From sequence record MF360958.1: a DNA stretch of 64,000 bases, one strand, 5' to 3'. The translations under genes were made by a program, and so were the position numbers. This document shows, piece after piece, positions 9,633-19,930 of this stretch (positions within the stretch are counted from its first letter, which is position 1; every line of letters begins with the position of its first letter). Under the pieces are notes generated by a model, which ran no database searches, was not told the DNA's origin, and was given only the letters and a program-made list of their open reading frames with translations.

Positions 9633-10742
9633 TCAATCCTCGCTTTTAAGTAGAAATTTATGCGAAATAGTTTTGAAGCTAACCCTGTTATTAGGGTCAT
9701 CATCATTAATATATACAAGTCCTTCGCGGTTCTTGTAATTGATACTCTTACCATCAGCACGTTTCATAATGGCTTCAAGATTATCATATTCAGTGAATAG
9801 TTGAATAGGTTCAAATACCGGAACTGTTTCCGCACCAATTTGATCACAAATTTGTTTTGTTTCATCTAGCGTTAGGAATGTCTGATTTGTAATATCAAAC
9901 ATACGGAACACATAGACTCTGTATGTATTAAATTGCTCTTTGTTACCTTGAATACCCGGACCCATAAGCTCGCCCTGTACTGCAAGTTGATGATCATTTT
10001 TACGGCACCAATCTACGAGATTATCCATCACACTATTATACTGCCATCCTTTCCAGAAGAAAGATTCTGTATCAGGACAAAGCGCAAGATTACGTGAACA
10101 CACAAACCATTGATCATTATTTTCAGAATCAACGTCTACGGTGTCGTAAAAAAGATTATCATTGTTAACATACACAAGCGTAGTGGAACTACCATCAAGT
10201 TTCATAGTAGGCGTAAACCATGTATCTTTATAATCTTCGCTGTATTCGTTGTAAAGGTTTTCAAGACGTTCTTCGTCAGTCTTAGGAACGAAAAACGGAT
10301 AATCGCCTGCTGGACGAGCACCGGTTCCCATATCAGGGATTTCGTACTTTTCAACACTAAGAAGTTCAGACAAATCATGTCGTTCAGAACATACACTTTC
10401 AATACCACCGTTATGACGTGCATATTCCATAACTTCAGGGAAATAATTGATGGGAAGCGCAAGACCTTGAGAAACAACACCACGAAGCTTAATTGTTTTC
10501 AATCGAAGCCCTTCTTTCCCGTTCATCTTTTTATAAGATGATTTTTTGAGAAATTCAAAGCGTTCGTCATCAATGGGAAGGAATGAATCAATCTCAAACA
10601 TCACACAATAATCGCCAATGTCGAATTCACCTTTTTTCGTAACAATATTCCAACCGTCTACGGTTGCAACAACAATATTGTCAGCATTTTCGATATCGTT
10701 AAGATCATCAATTGTGCGGACAGAAACAAGTTTACGGGACAT
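9633..10742 (-). CDS. ATP-dependent RNA ligase (DRB0094/Rnl2-like)
   Basis: Motif I KLDGSS, QGELMGPGIQGN, REGLVY, FKTIS; N-terminal RKLVSVRTI...ADNI. Confidence 0.9.
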   Translation of the reverse strand: MSRKLVSVRTIDDLNDIENADNIVVATVDGWNIVTKKGEFDIGDYCVMFEIDSFLPIDDERFEFLKKSSYKKMNGKEGLRLKTIKLRGVVSQGLALPINYFPEVMEYARHNGGIESVCSERHDLSELLSVEKYEIPDMGTGARPAGDYPFFVPKTDEERLENLYNEYSEDYKDTWFTPTMKLDGSSTTLVYVNNDNLFYDTVDVDSENNDQWFVCSRNLALCPDTESFFWKGWQYNSVMDNLVDWCRKNDHQLAVQGELMGPGIQGNKEQFNTYRVYVFRMFDITNQTFLTLDETKQICDQIGAETVPVFEPIQLFTEYDNLEAIMKRADGKSINYKNREGLVYINDDDPNNRVSFKTISHKFLLKSED

Positions 10743-10823
10743 AATTAATCTCCAATTTGTAATGTTTAATCATAGCATTATGCACTACAATATATTAAAA
10801 AGTCAAGTCCCGTAAACGTTATT

Positions 10824-11561
10824 TCAATATGGCTGATATTCATTCTTCATTTTAAGAATTTTTACATACTTTTGAAATTCTTTAGTTTGCATAATTTCAG
10901 GATGTGTTTCACAAATAACTTCTTGTTTAGGATTACGTTGAATGTATTCAACACAAAAATTAACATCATGCAAGTCTTTATATCGCGCATAACCATCTGT
11001 TATATAATTATTTAATATTAATTTTTGTTTGCACTCTTTTGTACAGTATTCCCAATAACCTTTATTAATTATGCATTCAAGGACATCATTATTGTTGATG
11101 AATATATAATCATTAATATCAATATAATCACTATGATCATCGATATAATTAATATTATGAGTGTGAGAACTAATTGATTGAGTAGGAAATGAATATGAAT
11201 AATTCGAATGCAATTGTGTTGTTATCACAGAATCAATATTTGATACTATGTTTTTATCATATGACGAAATAATATAAGGTTTTTCACCTTCTGGATCTAT
11301 AGCTTTATCATTTAATAAATCATCAAAAATTGCATCAATATCGCCTTTATAACTCATCAGAAGATCATAATAAACTTTAACTAAATTAATCACGATTGTA
11401 TATTCTGATTTATATTTTTTATTTTTTTGTAATTCTTGTTTTTCTAATTGTATAATACGTTTTATTTTTTCATAGGCGTCCGTGCTAATATCTTTATCTT
11501 TAATCTCATTGGTATCAATGTTATTAAAAATTTTATTTACATCAGTAATGTTATTATTCAT
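10824..11561 (-). CDS. Hypothetical protein with C-terminal FQKYVKILKMKN helix
   Basis: 245-aa ORF, GGAG RBS. Confidence 0.65.
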   Translation of the reverse strand: MNNNITDVNKIFNNIDTNEIKDKDISTDAYEKIKRIIQLEKQELQKNKKYKSEYTIVINLVKVYYDLLMSYKGDIDAIFDDLLNDKAIDPEGEKPYIISSYDKNIVSNIDSVITTQLHSNYSYSFPTQSISSHTHNINYIDDHSDYIDINDYIFINNNDVLECIINKGYWEYCTKECKQKLILNNYITDGYARYKDLHDVNFCVEYIQRNPKQEVICETHPEIMQTKEFQKYVKILKMKNEYQPY

Positions 11562-11617
11562 TGTTATTATTCTCCATTTTTCTATTTAATTGTAGAATGC
11601 ATAGTAAAAGATAATTA

Positions 11618-12028
11618 TTATTTTAATTGTTTATATATTTTCATATAACATCCTTGATAATAACCATTTAATAAATCTTTTTTAGTTAAATGGCTTAGTT
11701 CTCCATATATGCCATTTGTAGCTTTTTTCAAAAATTGAAACATAAAACTGTCTTGTCCGTACTTTTGTCCTATATTGGTATCGAGGATAGACATCACCCT
11801 TTCATGACTTATACCTTGTTGTCGAGCTTCATATATTTTTCTAGCCTCTATAACAAAATTTTTACAAATGGTTTCAGCTTTTTGTTTAGTTTTTGAACTA
11901 TAATCACTTGTTTTTATTTGATTTCCACTATATTGAGAATTACGAATCTCAAATGATGACCCAAAAGCAAAACTTGAAATCATTAAAAATGAAAATAATA
12001 AAATTGTTACAGTATTAAATCGTTTCAT
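11618..12028 (-). CDS. Putative secreted/periplasmic protein
   Basis: Signal-peptide-like MKRFNTVTILLFSFLMISSFAFG; GGAG RBS. Confidence 0.65.
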   Translation of the reverse strand: MKRFNTVTILLFSFLMISSFAFGSSFEIRNSQYSGNQIKTSDYSSKTKQKAETICKNFVIEARKIYEARQQGISHERVMSILDTNIGQKYGQDSFMFQFLKKATNGIYGELSHLTKKDLLNGYYQGCYMKIYKQLK

Positions 12029-12103
12029 AATAAAACTCCTATATATATTAAATAATGAACGTCTCTATTATACCTAAATATAATTTGTTAATCAATAATT
12101 AAC

Positions 12104-12937
12104 CTATAATATCATTTTATATTGATTAATTTTATCATCAATATAAGACTGAATATCATTATTAACTTGAATCTCTTTACAATCATTCAAAAAGTTATTA
12201 ACTTTTATATTTTTTAATGATTCCGCATTGCGGAACAAGACTATCATTTCATTATATTTATAAATGATAGAACATTCAGCATCAGTATCTTTAAAATGAT
12301 CAATACTATTTTCTTTCCGAACAGTGTTTAACCGTCTATTGATATCTTTTCGTTTATCAAGTTTTGTTTGTGCATTAAAAAAGGGAATCTTATCTAATTC
12401 TCTCATTAAAGAATTACTAATAATTGAATTAATATATTCATCACGCATATAACAACTTATATTTACTACATCATGATCAATAATAGCCATTCCTTTGAAA
12501 TATCCAAGATTAAGATAAAATTCATCGTTCAAAGTGTAGCCTGTAAATTTTAAAAAATCTTGCTGTTCTGTATTATAATTTTCCACTACTAAATCATAAA
12601 AAGTTTTAAGATTTAATAGATTATGATTTGTTTGATCAAATGCTTCCATCCAAAGCTGATTTTCCCCAATGCCTTTATACGAAAGGAGATTTTGAAAATA
12701 CCGTTTCTGTTGGGTTTTATTAAAATCACTTAAGCTACGCATGGCTTCTATATGATTAGAACAATATCTTGAAAACATTTTATTAAATGTTTCAGTATCA
12801 ATTTTCTCACGTACTGATTTATTGAAATTATAAACTGCTTCTTTACGGTTATTTTCTGAAAGAATGTGGTAATTATTGAAATATTTGATAATGATACGAT
12901 CAATAATATCCACATCACCGTTGGTCTTAACAGTCAT
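12104..12937 (-). CDS. Hypothetical protein
   Basis: 277-aa ORF, AGGTGG RBS. Confidence 0.7.
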   Translation of the reverse strand: MTVKTNGDVDIIDRIIIKYFNNYHILSENNRKEAVYNFNKSVREKIDTETFNKMFSRYCSNHIEAMRSLSDFNKTQQKRYFQNLLSYKGIGENQLWMEAFDQTNHNLLNLKTFYDLVVENYNTEQQDFLKFTGYTLNDEFYLNLGYFKGMAIIDHDVVNISCYMRDEYINSIISNSLMRELDKIPFFNAQTKLDKRKDINRRLNTVRKENSIDHFKDTDAECSIIYKYNEMIVLFRNAESLKNIKVNNFLNDCKEIQVNNDIQSYIDDKINQYKMIL

Positions 12938-13003
12938 AATACCACCTTTTAGTTAATACTATCATATAGTTTAGTTCTTTAAACATCCCTTGTCAATATT
13001 TTT

Positions 13004-14437
13004 TTACACATTATTAAGGTCATCTTTTTGACTGTCTTCACCATTCTTTGATTGAAGAACTTTATCTTTGACCATATCTGCATTAATTCTATTTCTAGAA
13101 ACTTCACCATAATCTTTATGGTAAGTGATACATGATGCGCTTCTACCTGCAAGATAGCCATGATTAGCGGCATGAGAATCTTTACTTGCAAGTGTTTGAT
13201 GCTGTTCTATTACCATAAGATTATTCTCTTTAAGTTGAGCATGGTGAAGATGTCCTGTGTGACCATAACTAAACTTTGTACGCCCAAATGTATCTCTAAA
13301 TTTTCCTACAAAGACTTGCGTAATATTATTAATACGAGATTTATGTCCGTGATGGAAAAATATTGATGTTTTTCCATGCTCATAACAATAGTAAGGATCG
13401 GGAGAAATATCAACAGTTACACGTTCATTATCTGAAAAGAAATGGGAAAACATTTCTCTAAGCCAAGCGCTTGATGCGAGATCATGATTGCCTTCTGCCA
13501 TAATAACATGCACATGTTTATGAGTTTTAAGTAACATTCGTATTACATTTGTCATAACCTTGATAGCAACACGAACAAGCTTTTGAAATTTTGTATCAGC
13601 ATCAAGAATATTACCACTGGTTGGTGTTACAGGTAATAAACCATCCCAATGAATAAGATCACCTAATTGGGCTAGAATCGCAGTTTCCGCATTAGGTGCT
13701 TGGCATATTGCTTCTTTAAACCATTCGACGATAGTATCAACGGCGATGTTCATATCCCAATTATCATCCTTGGTTTCTTCATCCCACGCAAACATACCAA
13801 TATGAGCATCTGAAAGAATAAAACAGTTAACAAGATTATCATCGGAACTATGATGATTTTGTTTGTCATAATCAATTTCAGAGGCAGGTTCAAAAGAATC
13901 TTTAAGACTTTCTGCTACTTGTAATAGTTTTTCTTTTTCATCTTCAAAAACACGTGATGTTTTTATCCATTCGCGTTTCTTTTCACCGTCCTCTACATAA
14001 ACTGAGTGTCCCTTAATATGTTGAAATTGTGGATCAACACCTATACTTTGCAATACCTGATTTTCATATTCAGGGCTGAAAGCACTTTTTGTATTATCGA
14101 CATGATGAGGTTCACCTTTATCATCAAATTGAAAATGGAATTGATTCTTATCAAGTTCGTCGCGTTCTGCTTGGGGAACACTAGGATGATTATGATTGAT
14201 ATCATAATGTACTTCATCTTTCATAGTAGTTGTATCATACGCAGAACCAGAGCTATTTTTACGTTCATACTCTTTAGCATTTCGTCTAACACGTCCTACA
14301 ATACTTTGAATTGCTGTACTACTTAGGCCGGTTTCAATGCTTGCAATTTCACGATTACCATGTTGTTCAAGAATAGACATAACATTGTATTGATTTTGTG
14401 TATTACAAAATTGTTTTAAATAACTGTATTCATTCAT
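13004..14437 (-). CDS. Calcineurin-like metallophosphoesterase with possible N-terminal HTH
   Basis: SDAHIG, LGDLIH, EGNHD, HHGH, GHTGHLHH motifs. Confidence 0.8.
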   Translation of the reverse strand: MNEYSYLKQFCNTQNQYNVMSILEQHGNREIASIETGLSSTAIQSIVGRVRRNAKEYERKNSSGSAYDTTTMKDEVHYDINHNHPSVPQAERDELDKNQFHFQFDDKGEPHHVDNTKSAFSPEYENQVLQSIGVDPQFQHIKGHSVYVEDGEKKREWIKTSRVFEDEKEKLLQVAESLKDSFEPASEIDYDKQNHHSSDDNLVNCFILSDAHIGMFAWDEETKDDNWDMNIAVDTIVEWFKEAICQAPNAETAILAQLGDLIHWDGLLPVTPTSGNILDADTKFQKLVRVAIKVMTNVIRMLLKTHKHVHVIMAEGNHDLASSAWLREMFSHFFSDNERVTVDISPDPYYCYEHGKTSIFFHHGHKSRINNITQVFVGKFRDTFGRTKFSYGHTGHLHHAQLKENNLMVIEQHQTLASKDSHAANHGYLAGRSASCITYHKDYGEVSRNRINADMVKDKVLQSKNGEDSQKDDLNNV

Positions 14438-14644
14438 ATTTCACTCCAAATAATATTAATTATAATGATTTTAATCATTCTTTTAAATCTGTCAAGTTAT
14501 TGATTTCATTGAACAACATAATATTTTTATTTCTTGTTACCACGTCTATTTCTTCTAACTTGCTTTTTGCGATTTTTATGAATTTTATTTCTCATAGCTA
14601 CCTTTGGTTATGATTTAATAAAGTCATATATTTATTTTGTATGA

Positions 14645-15211
14645 TTATGCGGTAATAATATTGCAGTCACTTCCAACACTAGGACAAAATTCTGAAACAA
14701 TTTTCATTGTCTTTTTTAGATAGTCAAAACCATCATAACGTGATAATTGCCCTGTACTAATAGGGTCGCCAACTTGGCCATTATGATTCATGCAAAATGC
14801 TCTTAATGCTGCAAGTGCATATTCATCACCAGAACCTACCGCATCGAAACCATTAACTGAACGGATGACAGAATAATCAGATTGTAATTTCCATAACTCT
14901 CCATGAAGACCTAATAGACACACGCCTCCTTCTGTATACCCATTCTTTTCTAAAGTAGATTTAATTTCTGGAATTAACTTTTTAACTAACCATGGATAAA
15001 TTTGCGATTTATCATCAGGAAGGTAAACAGTTTCAAGGTTATGTTCTAATATTTGTCCAAACCGGTAACTTGACGTGAAACCAATACCTATATCACCAAC
15101 GTTGAATGTTTTAGGGTGCGTATGTACGGTCTTTTTATTTACAGATGTTCCTTGAATATCACCTGCGATTAACACCATATCATCAATTTCAGCACCTATA
15201 ATGCATGTCAT
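14645..15211 (-). CDS. Ntn-hydrolase, HslV/proteasome beta-like peptidase
   Basis: M-T-CIIG N-terminal Thr, AGD, DAVGSGDEYALAAL. Confidence 0.7.
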   Translation of the reverse strand: MTCIIGAEIDDMVLIAGDIQGTSVNKKTVHTHPKTFNVGDIGIGFTSSYRFGQILEHNLETVYLPDDKSQIYPWLVKKLIPEIKSTLEKNGYTEGGVCLLGLHGELWKLQSDYSVIRSVNGFDAVGSGDEYALAALRAFCMNHNGQVGDPISTGQLSRYDGFDYLKKTMKIVSEFCPSVGSDCNIITA

Positions 15212-15222
15212 AATTTTCTCCT

Positions 15223-16083
15223 TTAGTATTTTTTTCCAAAACCGTTTTCAACTTTACGTTCATGACGTTTTTTCATGTCATCAGGACTGATATGTCGAAG
15301 TTTATTTTTGTATTCATTAATAGCCACGTTGTTTATTGAACACCCCTTTGAATATAAATAACACATTAACGTAACGGTAGTACCGCCTATCTCGTTTTCT
15401 GACGTATCAGCAGGTCTGGAATAAACATGATCAACCATATTATGTATAAGATCTTTATCTAGTCCTTCCGCTTGAGATAATTCTATAGCTTCTTCCATAA
15501 ACCGCATCATACGTTCTTCGGTATCAGTTGCTAATGGTCCAAATGTTTCTTTACACCATTCATAGATAATATCTTGAGGATTATTGATGTATTCAAAATC
15601 ATCAAAATAATAATACTCTACATTCAAACGTTCTAGCTCATTTATTGATTCTTGAAAATCAAATCGTTGAGCTACATACTCATCGTATTTAAAGATGATT
15701 TTGCGAATACCAGCTTGAGTCATTTTATTAATACAACCAACGCATGGTTGATGCGTGATGAACATTACATCATCAGATGTAATTCGTTGTTCTGTATTAG
15801 AAATACAGTTTGGTTCTGCATGAATAATACGAGGGTATTTTAAGTTGCGGTCTTGTAAGATTTTTTGCTCATCTTTAGAACTATATTGACGACTTAAACC
15901 ATTATAACCTACACCAATAACTTTTTTATCACTATTGATAAGGACAGCGCCAACTTTAGAGGAAGGATCTTTAGACCATGAGCTTACATCCATTGCTAAA
16001 GACAAAAATCGACTTAACCACTTTGAATCTAGGTTAAACAGTTTTAATTCATCATTTTGATGAAAATAACTGAAATGTGTCAT
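15223..16083 (-). CDS. dCMP deaminase fused to MazG-like domain
   Basis: SKDPSSKVGAV, HAE...PCVGC; C-terminal WCKETFG...RFMEEAIEL...EIGG. Confidence 0.8.
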   Translation of the reverse strand: MTHFSYFHQNDELKLFNLDSKWLSRFLSLAMDVSSWSKDPSSKVGAVLINSDKKVIGVGYNGLSRQYSSKDEQKILQDRNLKYPRIIHAEPNCISNTEQRITSDDVMFITHQPCVGCINKMTQAGIRKIIFKYDEYVAQRFDFQESINELERLNVEYYYFDDFEYINNPQDIIYEWCKETFGPLATDTEERMMRFMEEAIELSQAEGLDKDLIHNMVDHVYSRPADTSENEIGGTTVTLMCYLYSKGCSINNVAINEYKNKLRHISPDDMKKRHERKVENGFGKKY

Positions 16084-16123
16084 AAAATTTTACCTTTTAT
16101 TTTACTTTCAATAACTTAATAGA

Positions 16124-16504
16124 TTAATCTAAGCTATCATAGTAAGAATAAAAGTCAAATGCACGTTTTTCAGCATTTACATCGCCGTATTCATCAAAAT
16201 CTAGATTTATTAACACCGCTTCTGCTTCTGATTGATTATTTATTGCATAATCTGGAAGAATTTTACCATGTTCTTTTATATAATTATCTAAAATAGACCA
16301 ATTATTATGGGAAAATAATTCGGGAGGGGATTGATCGTTTTTCTTGAATAATTTATAAACATATTGTTTAAATTCATCAAAATAATCTAATTCATCATTA
16401 TTTTTTAAAATGGAATAAGGAAGTTTTTCATTTAAAACAATGTTATTAACACGTTTATTAAAATAGTCAATTAAATTTCGATATCGTTTCATATCATTGT
16501 TCAT
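16124..16504 (-). CDS. Putative head-internal late protein
   Basis: Start moved to ATG 16504 (MNNDMKRYRNLID...VLNE); follows the KTSC gene. Confidence 0.55.
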   Translation of the reverse strand: MNNDMKRYRNLIDYFNKRVNNIVLNEKLPYSILKNNDELDYFDEFKQYVYKLFKKNDQSPPELFSHNNWSILDNYIKEHGKILPDYAINNQSEAEAVLINLDFDEYGDVNAEKRAFDFYSYYDSLD

Positions 16505-16505
16505 T

Positions 16506-16877
16506 TTATCGCCCCTGAAATCGACTTCTCTGTGTTTTACGTGGTTTCTTTCCAATATTTTTTTGATATTTATTTAAAGCAATTTCCCTATCAACACGTT
16601 GATAGGGATAAATTCCTCGAATATTTTTCCACATAAAGCGCCCATAAGAAGGCGCTTTAGTGAACATTTTTGCTACATAATAAGGAACACGATAATATTC
16701 ATAAATAGCACCTGAAAGAAATTCTACAGTTAATATACCCATTCCCAAGGTTCCATCTTCAAACCAAAAACTTTTAACATTAGACGAATCAACATATAAA
16801 CGTCCAATATCTTCTTCTGTTAGATTTTTTTTATCGATATTACCAATAACTTCATAATCATATTCATATAGAAGCAT
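16506..16877 (-). CDS. KTSC domain protein
   Basis: VDSSNV...LTVEFLSGAIYEYYRVP...APSYGRFMWKNIRG; CATAAATA upstream (minus 16911-16918). Confidence 0.8.
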   Translation of the reverse strand: MLLYEYDYEVIGNIDKKNLTEEDIGRLYVDSSNVKSFWFEDGTLGMGILTVEFLSGAIYEYYRVPYYVAKMFTKAPSYGRFMWKNIRGIYPYQRVDREIALNKYQKNIGKKPRKTQRSRFQGR

Positions 16878-16935
16878 TTTAAACGTTCCTTAATTATTCA
16901 TGTATATACCTATTTATGAATTCAAAGAATATTTT

Positions 16936-17493
16936 TTAGCTATTCCAAGGCTGTCTTTCTTTTATGGTGTCACGATTAATTGCTTTTTCACTATCAAATT
17001 TATCTGGGAAACGTATTTTTAATTTGGAGATATTTTTATCAGCCGCCGATTCAAAATCAGAATTAATAAGACGCAATAGCATTGCATCATACCAAAATCC
17101 ATCCCCGATTTCTTCTTCAAGATTTATTACATCAATAGGTTCATCAGGATGATTAATGTATCCTTGCAAAATTTCAATTCCCTCAACCGCTTCAGTAGCT
17201 TTGCCGATTAGTCCATGAACTAGATCCACACCGAAGGAATCAAAACTCGCATAATTATTATTTTCCAAAGAATCGCTATATCCATCAATCATACTATCTG
17301 GGTATTCTTTACCATAAAAAAGATGTTTTTTAATGCAATCAAGTTCATTGCCTAACCTCACAAATTCATTCATAATATAATGAAGACGTTTATATGTGTA
17401 TTCATCAAACTCTAAACTTTCAAGTTTTACAGCTGTTCGTGAAGATTCATCAAGATAACTCTTAATATCTACAGGGGTTGAATTATTACTCAT
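16936..17493 (-). CDS. MazG-like NTP pyrophosphohydrolase
   Basis: HGLIGKATEAVE...LEEEIGDGFWY...KNISKLKIRFPDKF; start moved to ATG 17493 (GGAG RBS). Confidence 0.8.
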   Translation of the reverse strand: MSNNSTPVDIKSYLDESSRTAVKLESLEFDEYTYKRLHYIMNEFVRLGNELDCIKKHLFYGKEYPDSMIDGYSDSLENNNYASFDSFGVDLVHGLIGKATEAVEGIEILQGYINHPDEPIDVINLEEEIGDGFWYDAMLLRLINSDFESAADKNISKLKIRFPDKFDSEKAINRDTIKERQPWNS

Positions 17494-17693
17494 ACTTATT
17501 ACTCCTTTTATTTTTATATTAGAAAACAATACTTTAGATTAATTTATGTTTCTGTCAAGTAATTAGCGATTTATTAATAGAATTGTTCTAATAGTAATTA
17601 CAAAAGTCTAACCTTTCTCCTTATTATCCTAATAAGAATAAGTAAGAGTTTTTAGTAAAGTTAAATAGTAATAAATTAGTACTATATATGGAT

Positions 17694-17870
17694 GTAAATA
17701 AAATTTACTTATATGTACTTATGAATGATAATGAATAAGTACATCATTATTAATGAATACTATAATAGCTATTTATAGTAATGATAAATAATTCGATGGG
17801 ATTGATGAATCAATCCCATGATTCATTGCAAGCAATGAATATTGACATATTGATAGTTATTGGTTAGAAT
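17694..17870. promoter_or_regulatory. Array of five palindromes plus sigma70 promoter
   Basis: Inverted repeats at 17694-17708, 17713-17744, 17759-17779, 17796-17819, 17821-17840; TTGACA 17842-17847, 17-nt spacer, TAGAAT 17865-17870. Confidence 0.75.
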
Positions 17871-17902
17871 TTTAGCTCAACATATTAAAGGGGGATTTTT
17901 CT

Positions 17903-18232
17903 ATGGAAAAACTACAAACATTTGCAGGGCAATCTCTTAGTAAATGCGATTTCCGTGAACTAAGAAAAAAAATTATCGAAGAAGTCCTAGCACAAATGGC
18001 AAGTGAAAAAAGCAAAAATCCATTTGTTACACCCGAGCAATTTGTGGTAAAACATAAAGCTCGTTTTGGACAAGTAAATAGTTGTCTTAATGAATTGGTT
18101 GAAAAACGTATTCTTAAAACACCTGTTGAAAAACAGCTTGAAACAGGACGTACTCAAAAGTTTTATTATTTCAATTTAACGACTAAAGAAGTCGAGAATG
18201 TTTTAAACAAAATGACTCGTAAAAATAATTAA
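17903..18232 (+). CDS. Putative winged-helix DNA-binding protein
   Basis: VNSCLNELVEKRIL...GRTQKFYYF resembles a wHTH recognition helix and wing. Confidence 0.45.
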   Translation: MEKLQTFAGQSLSKCDFRELRKKIIEEVLAQMASEKSKNPFVTPEQFVVKHKARFGQVNSCLNELVEKRILKTPVEKQLETGRTQKFYYFNLTTKEVENVLNKMTRKNN

Positions 18233-18237
18233 AATAT

Positions 18238-18315
18238 AATACCCAAGTAATATTACTTGGGTATTATTATGTGAATATCCCCCATAAAAAGCCCTCTCAA
18301 TTGAGAGGGCTTTTT
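18238..18315. terminator. Two tandem hairpins between convergent genes
   Basis: AATACCCAAGTAA/TTACTTGGGTATT and AAAAAGCCCTCTC-AATT-GAGAGGGCTTTTT. Confidence 0.8.
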
Positions 18316-19930
18316 ATTTTATTAGTTTTTGATAATTTGATAGTTTATGGAGATTATTTTTAACTATATCAAATATATTTTTAGGAATTGTTTTTTCCAT
18401 GCGTTTAATTGAATAATAATTGAATAGTGTTGTAATGACACCAACAACGCCAGTATATTTTTCATACCCCGGATCAAATGTTGTTTTAAAATTTGAAAGA
18501 TATGGATTTATAATTACATTATTATAATATTCATTCTCTTTAATATTAAGTTCTGGAAGATAATGGTCAATATTATATGTTCTGAAATGATATTGTGTAT
18601 AATAGATTATATTATAATCTATTGAAGCAATTTTTTTCCATGGAATAACATTAAAATAATATTCATAATTAAAATCATTATAATGATATGCAATATTATT
18701 AATATAAAAAATATAACTATCTATAATCATATTCATATTTGAAATATATGAATATGTTATAAAATGATAAAATGTTTTATTGTATAATTGTGTATCATTT
18801 ATGGTATTGTTTGAAAAAAGTTGAAATTCATTAGTAACAAGTTCTAATATAATAGAAAATGTTTTGGAAAAATTCTCTATATTCTCGTAAAGAAATCTAA
18901 ACATATTCCAAGTAGTATAATTGGAAATAATATAATTTATATTAATGTGATGAACATCTTCATAACAAAATGTTTTATAAGTTCGATAAGTTAATAAATT
19001 AAAATAAGGAATCATTAAAGTATTAATGGTATTATTAATACTTATATCATTTTGAAAATAATCATTGAAAAACTTTTTAGTAATAGTTTTAACAAAATCC
19101 TCTCTAAAATTATTAATTAAATCAGTGGTCGTTACTAATTCATCAACGCTATAATTGATAAAAGGTTTTAAAAATTCGTCATGTGAATGATTACAAATAA
19201 CTCCATATATAAGTTCTATAGATGGACTATGAGGACATTCTATTTTTGAAATATATTTTTGAATAGCACCAATATATTGAGCAAAATATAAATTATCTAA
19301 TCCTAGTGTGTATTTCATATTCGTTACAATTTGTTGGGAATTGAATAAATTATACACCCAATAAGTATAAGTATTAGTGTATATATTACTTATTTTTTCA
19401 ACAAATTTATCAAGATAATAGTTAAATAACCGATCATCGATATTAATGACATCTAATTGTCTTAGATCATTAGCTATAACCAATGCAAGTAAAAAAGTAT
19501 CATCATGGTATGAATTGTTTACCTCTAAGCTTAGCTCAGTAAAGATACATGAGTGATAATATTTAATGTTATTATCAATATTATTATTGTAATTAATTAA
19601 AAGTTTTGTTATAATTTTATTAATAATATCTTTATCAATATAAGTTTTATTAATAGAATCATAATGGGGTAAGCTATCAAATGTTTTATATGTAATATAT
19701 TCATTTTCACAAGCTGTTTTAGAAAGATTATTTTCATATTGTCCAAAATCAGTTACTAGTTGTTCACAACCAATATGAGAACAATGGTCATCAAATATTG
19801 ATGAACATTCAAATAATGAATTAATTTTTTTCATTTGTTTATTATAAAAACTATTTTTATATAAAATATTTTTATTCAACGTATAATTCATATTTCTATG
19901 ATAATTAATAAATTCATTTTCTAAATTCAT
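18314..19930 (-). CDS. Hypothetical N/Y/I-rich protein
   Basis: 538-aa uninterrupted ORF in very AT-rich DNA. Confidence 0.7.
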   Translation of the reverse strand: MNLENEFINYHRNMNYTLNKNILYKNSFYNKQMKKINSLFECSSIFDDHCSHIGCEQLVTDFGQYENNLSKTACENEYITYKTFDSLPHYDSINKTYIDKDIINKIITKLLINYNNNIDNNIKYYHSCIFTELSLEVNNSYHDDTFLLALVIANDLRQLDVINIDDRLFNYYLDKFVEKISNIYTNTYTYWVYNLFNSQQIVTNMKYTLGLDNLYFAQYIGAIQKYISKIECPHSPSIELIYGVICNHSHDEFLKPFINYSVDELVTTTDLINNFREDFVKTITKKFFNDYFQNDISINNTINTLMIPYFNLLTYRTYKTFCYEDVHHININYIISNYTTWNMFRFLYENIENFSKTFSIILELVTNEFQLFSNNTINDTQLYNKTFYHFITYSYISNMNMIIDSYIFYINNIAYHYNDFNYEYYFNVIPWKKIASIDYNIIYYTQYHFRTYNIDHYLPELNIKENEYYNNVIINPYLSNFKTTFDPGYEKYTGVVGVITTLFNYYSIKRMEKTIPKNIFDIVKNNLHKLSNYQKLIK

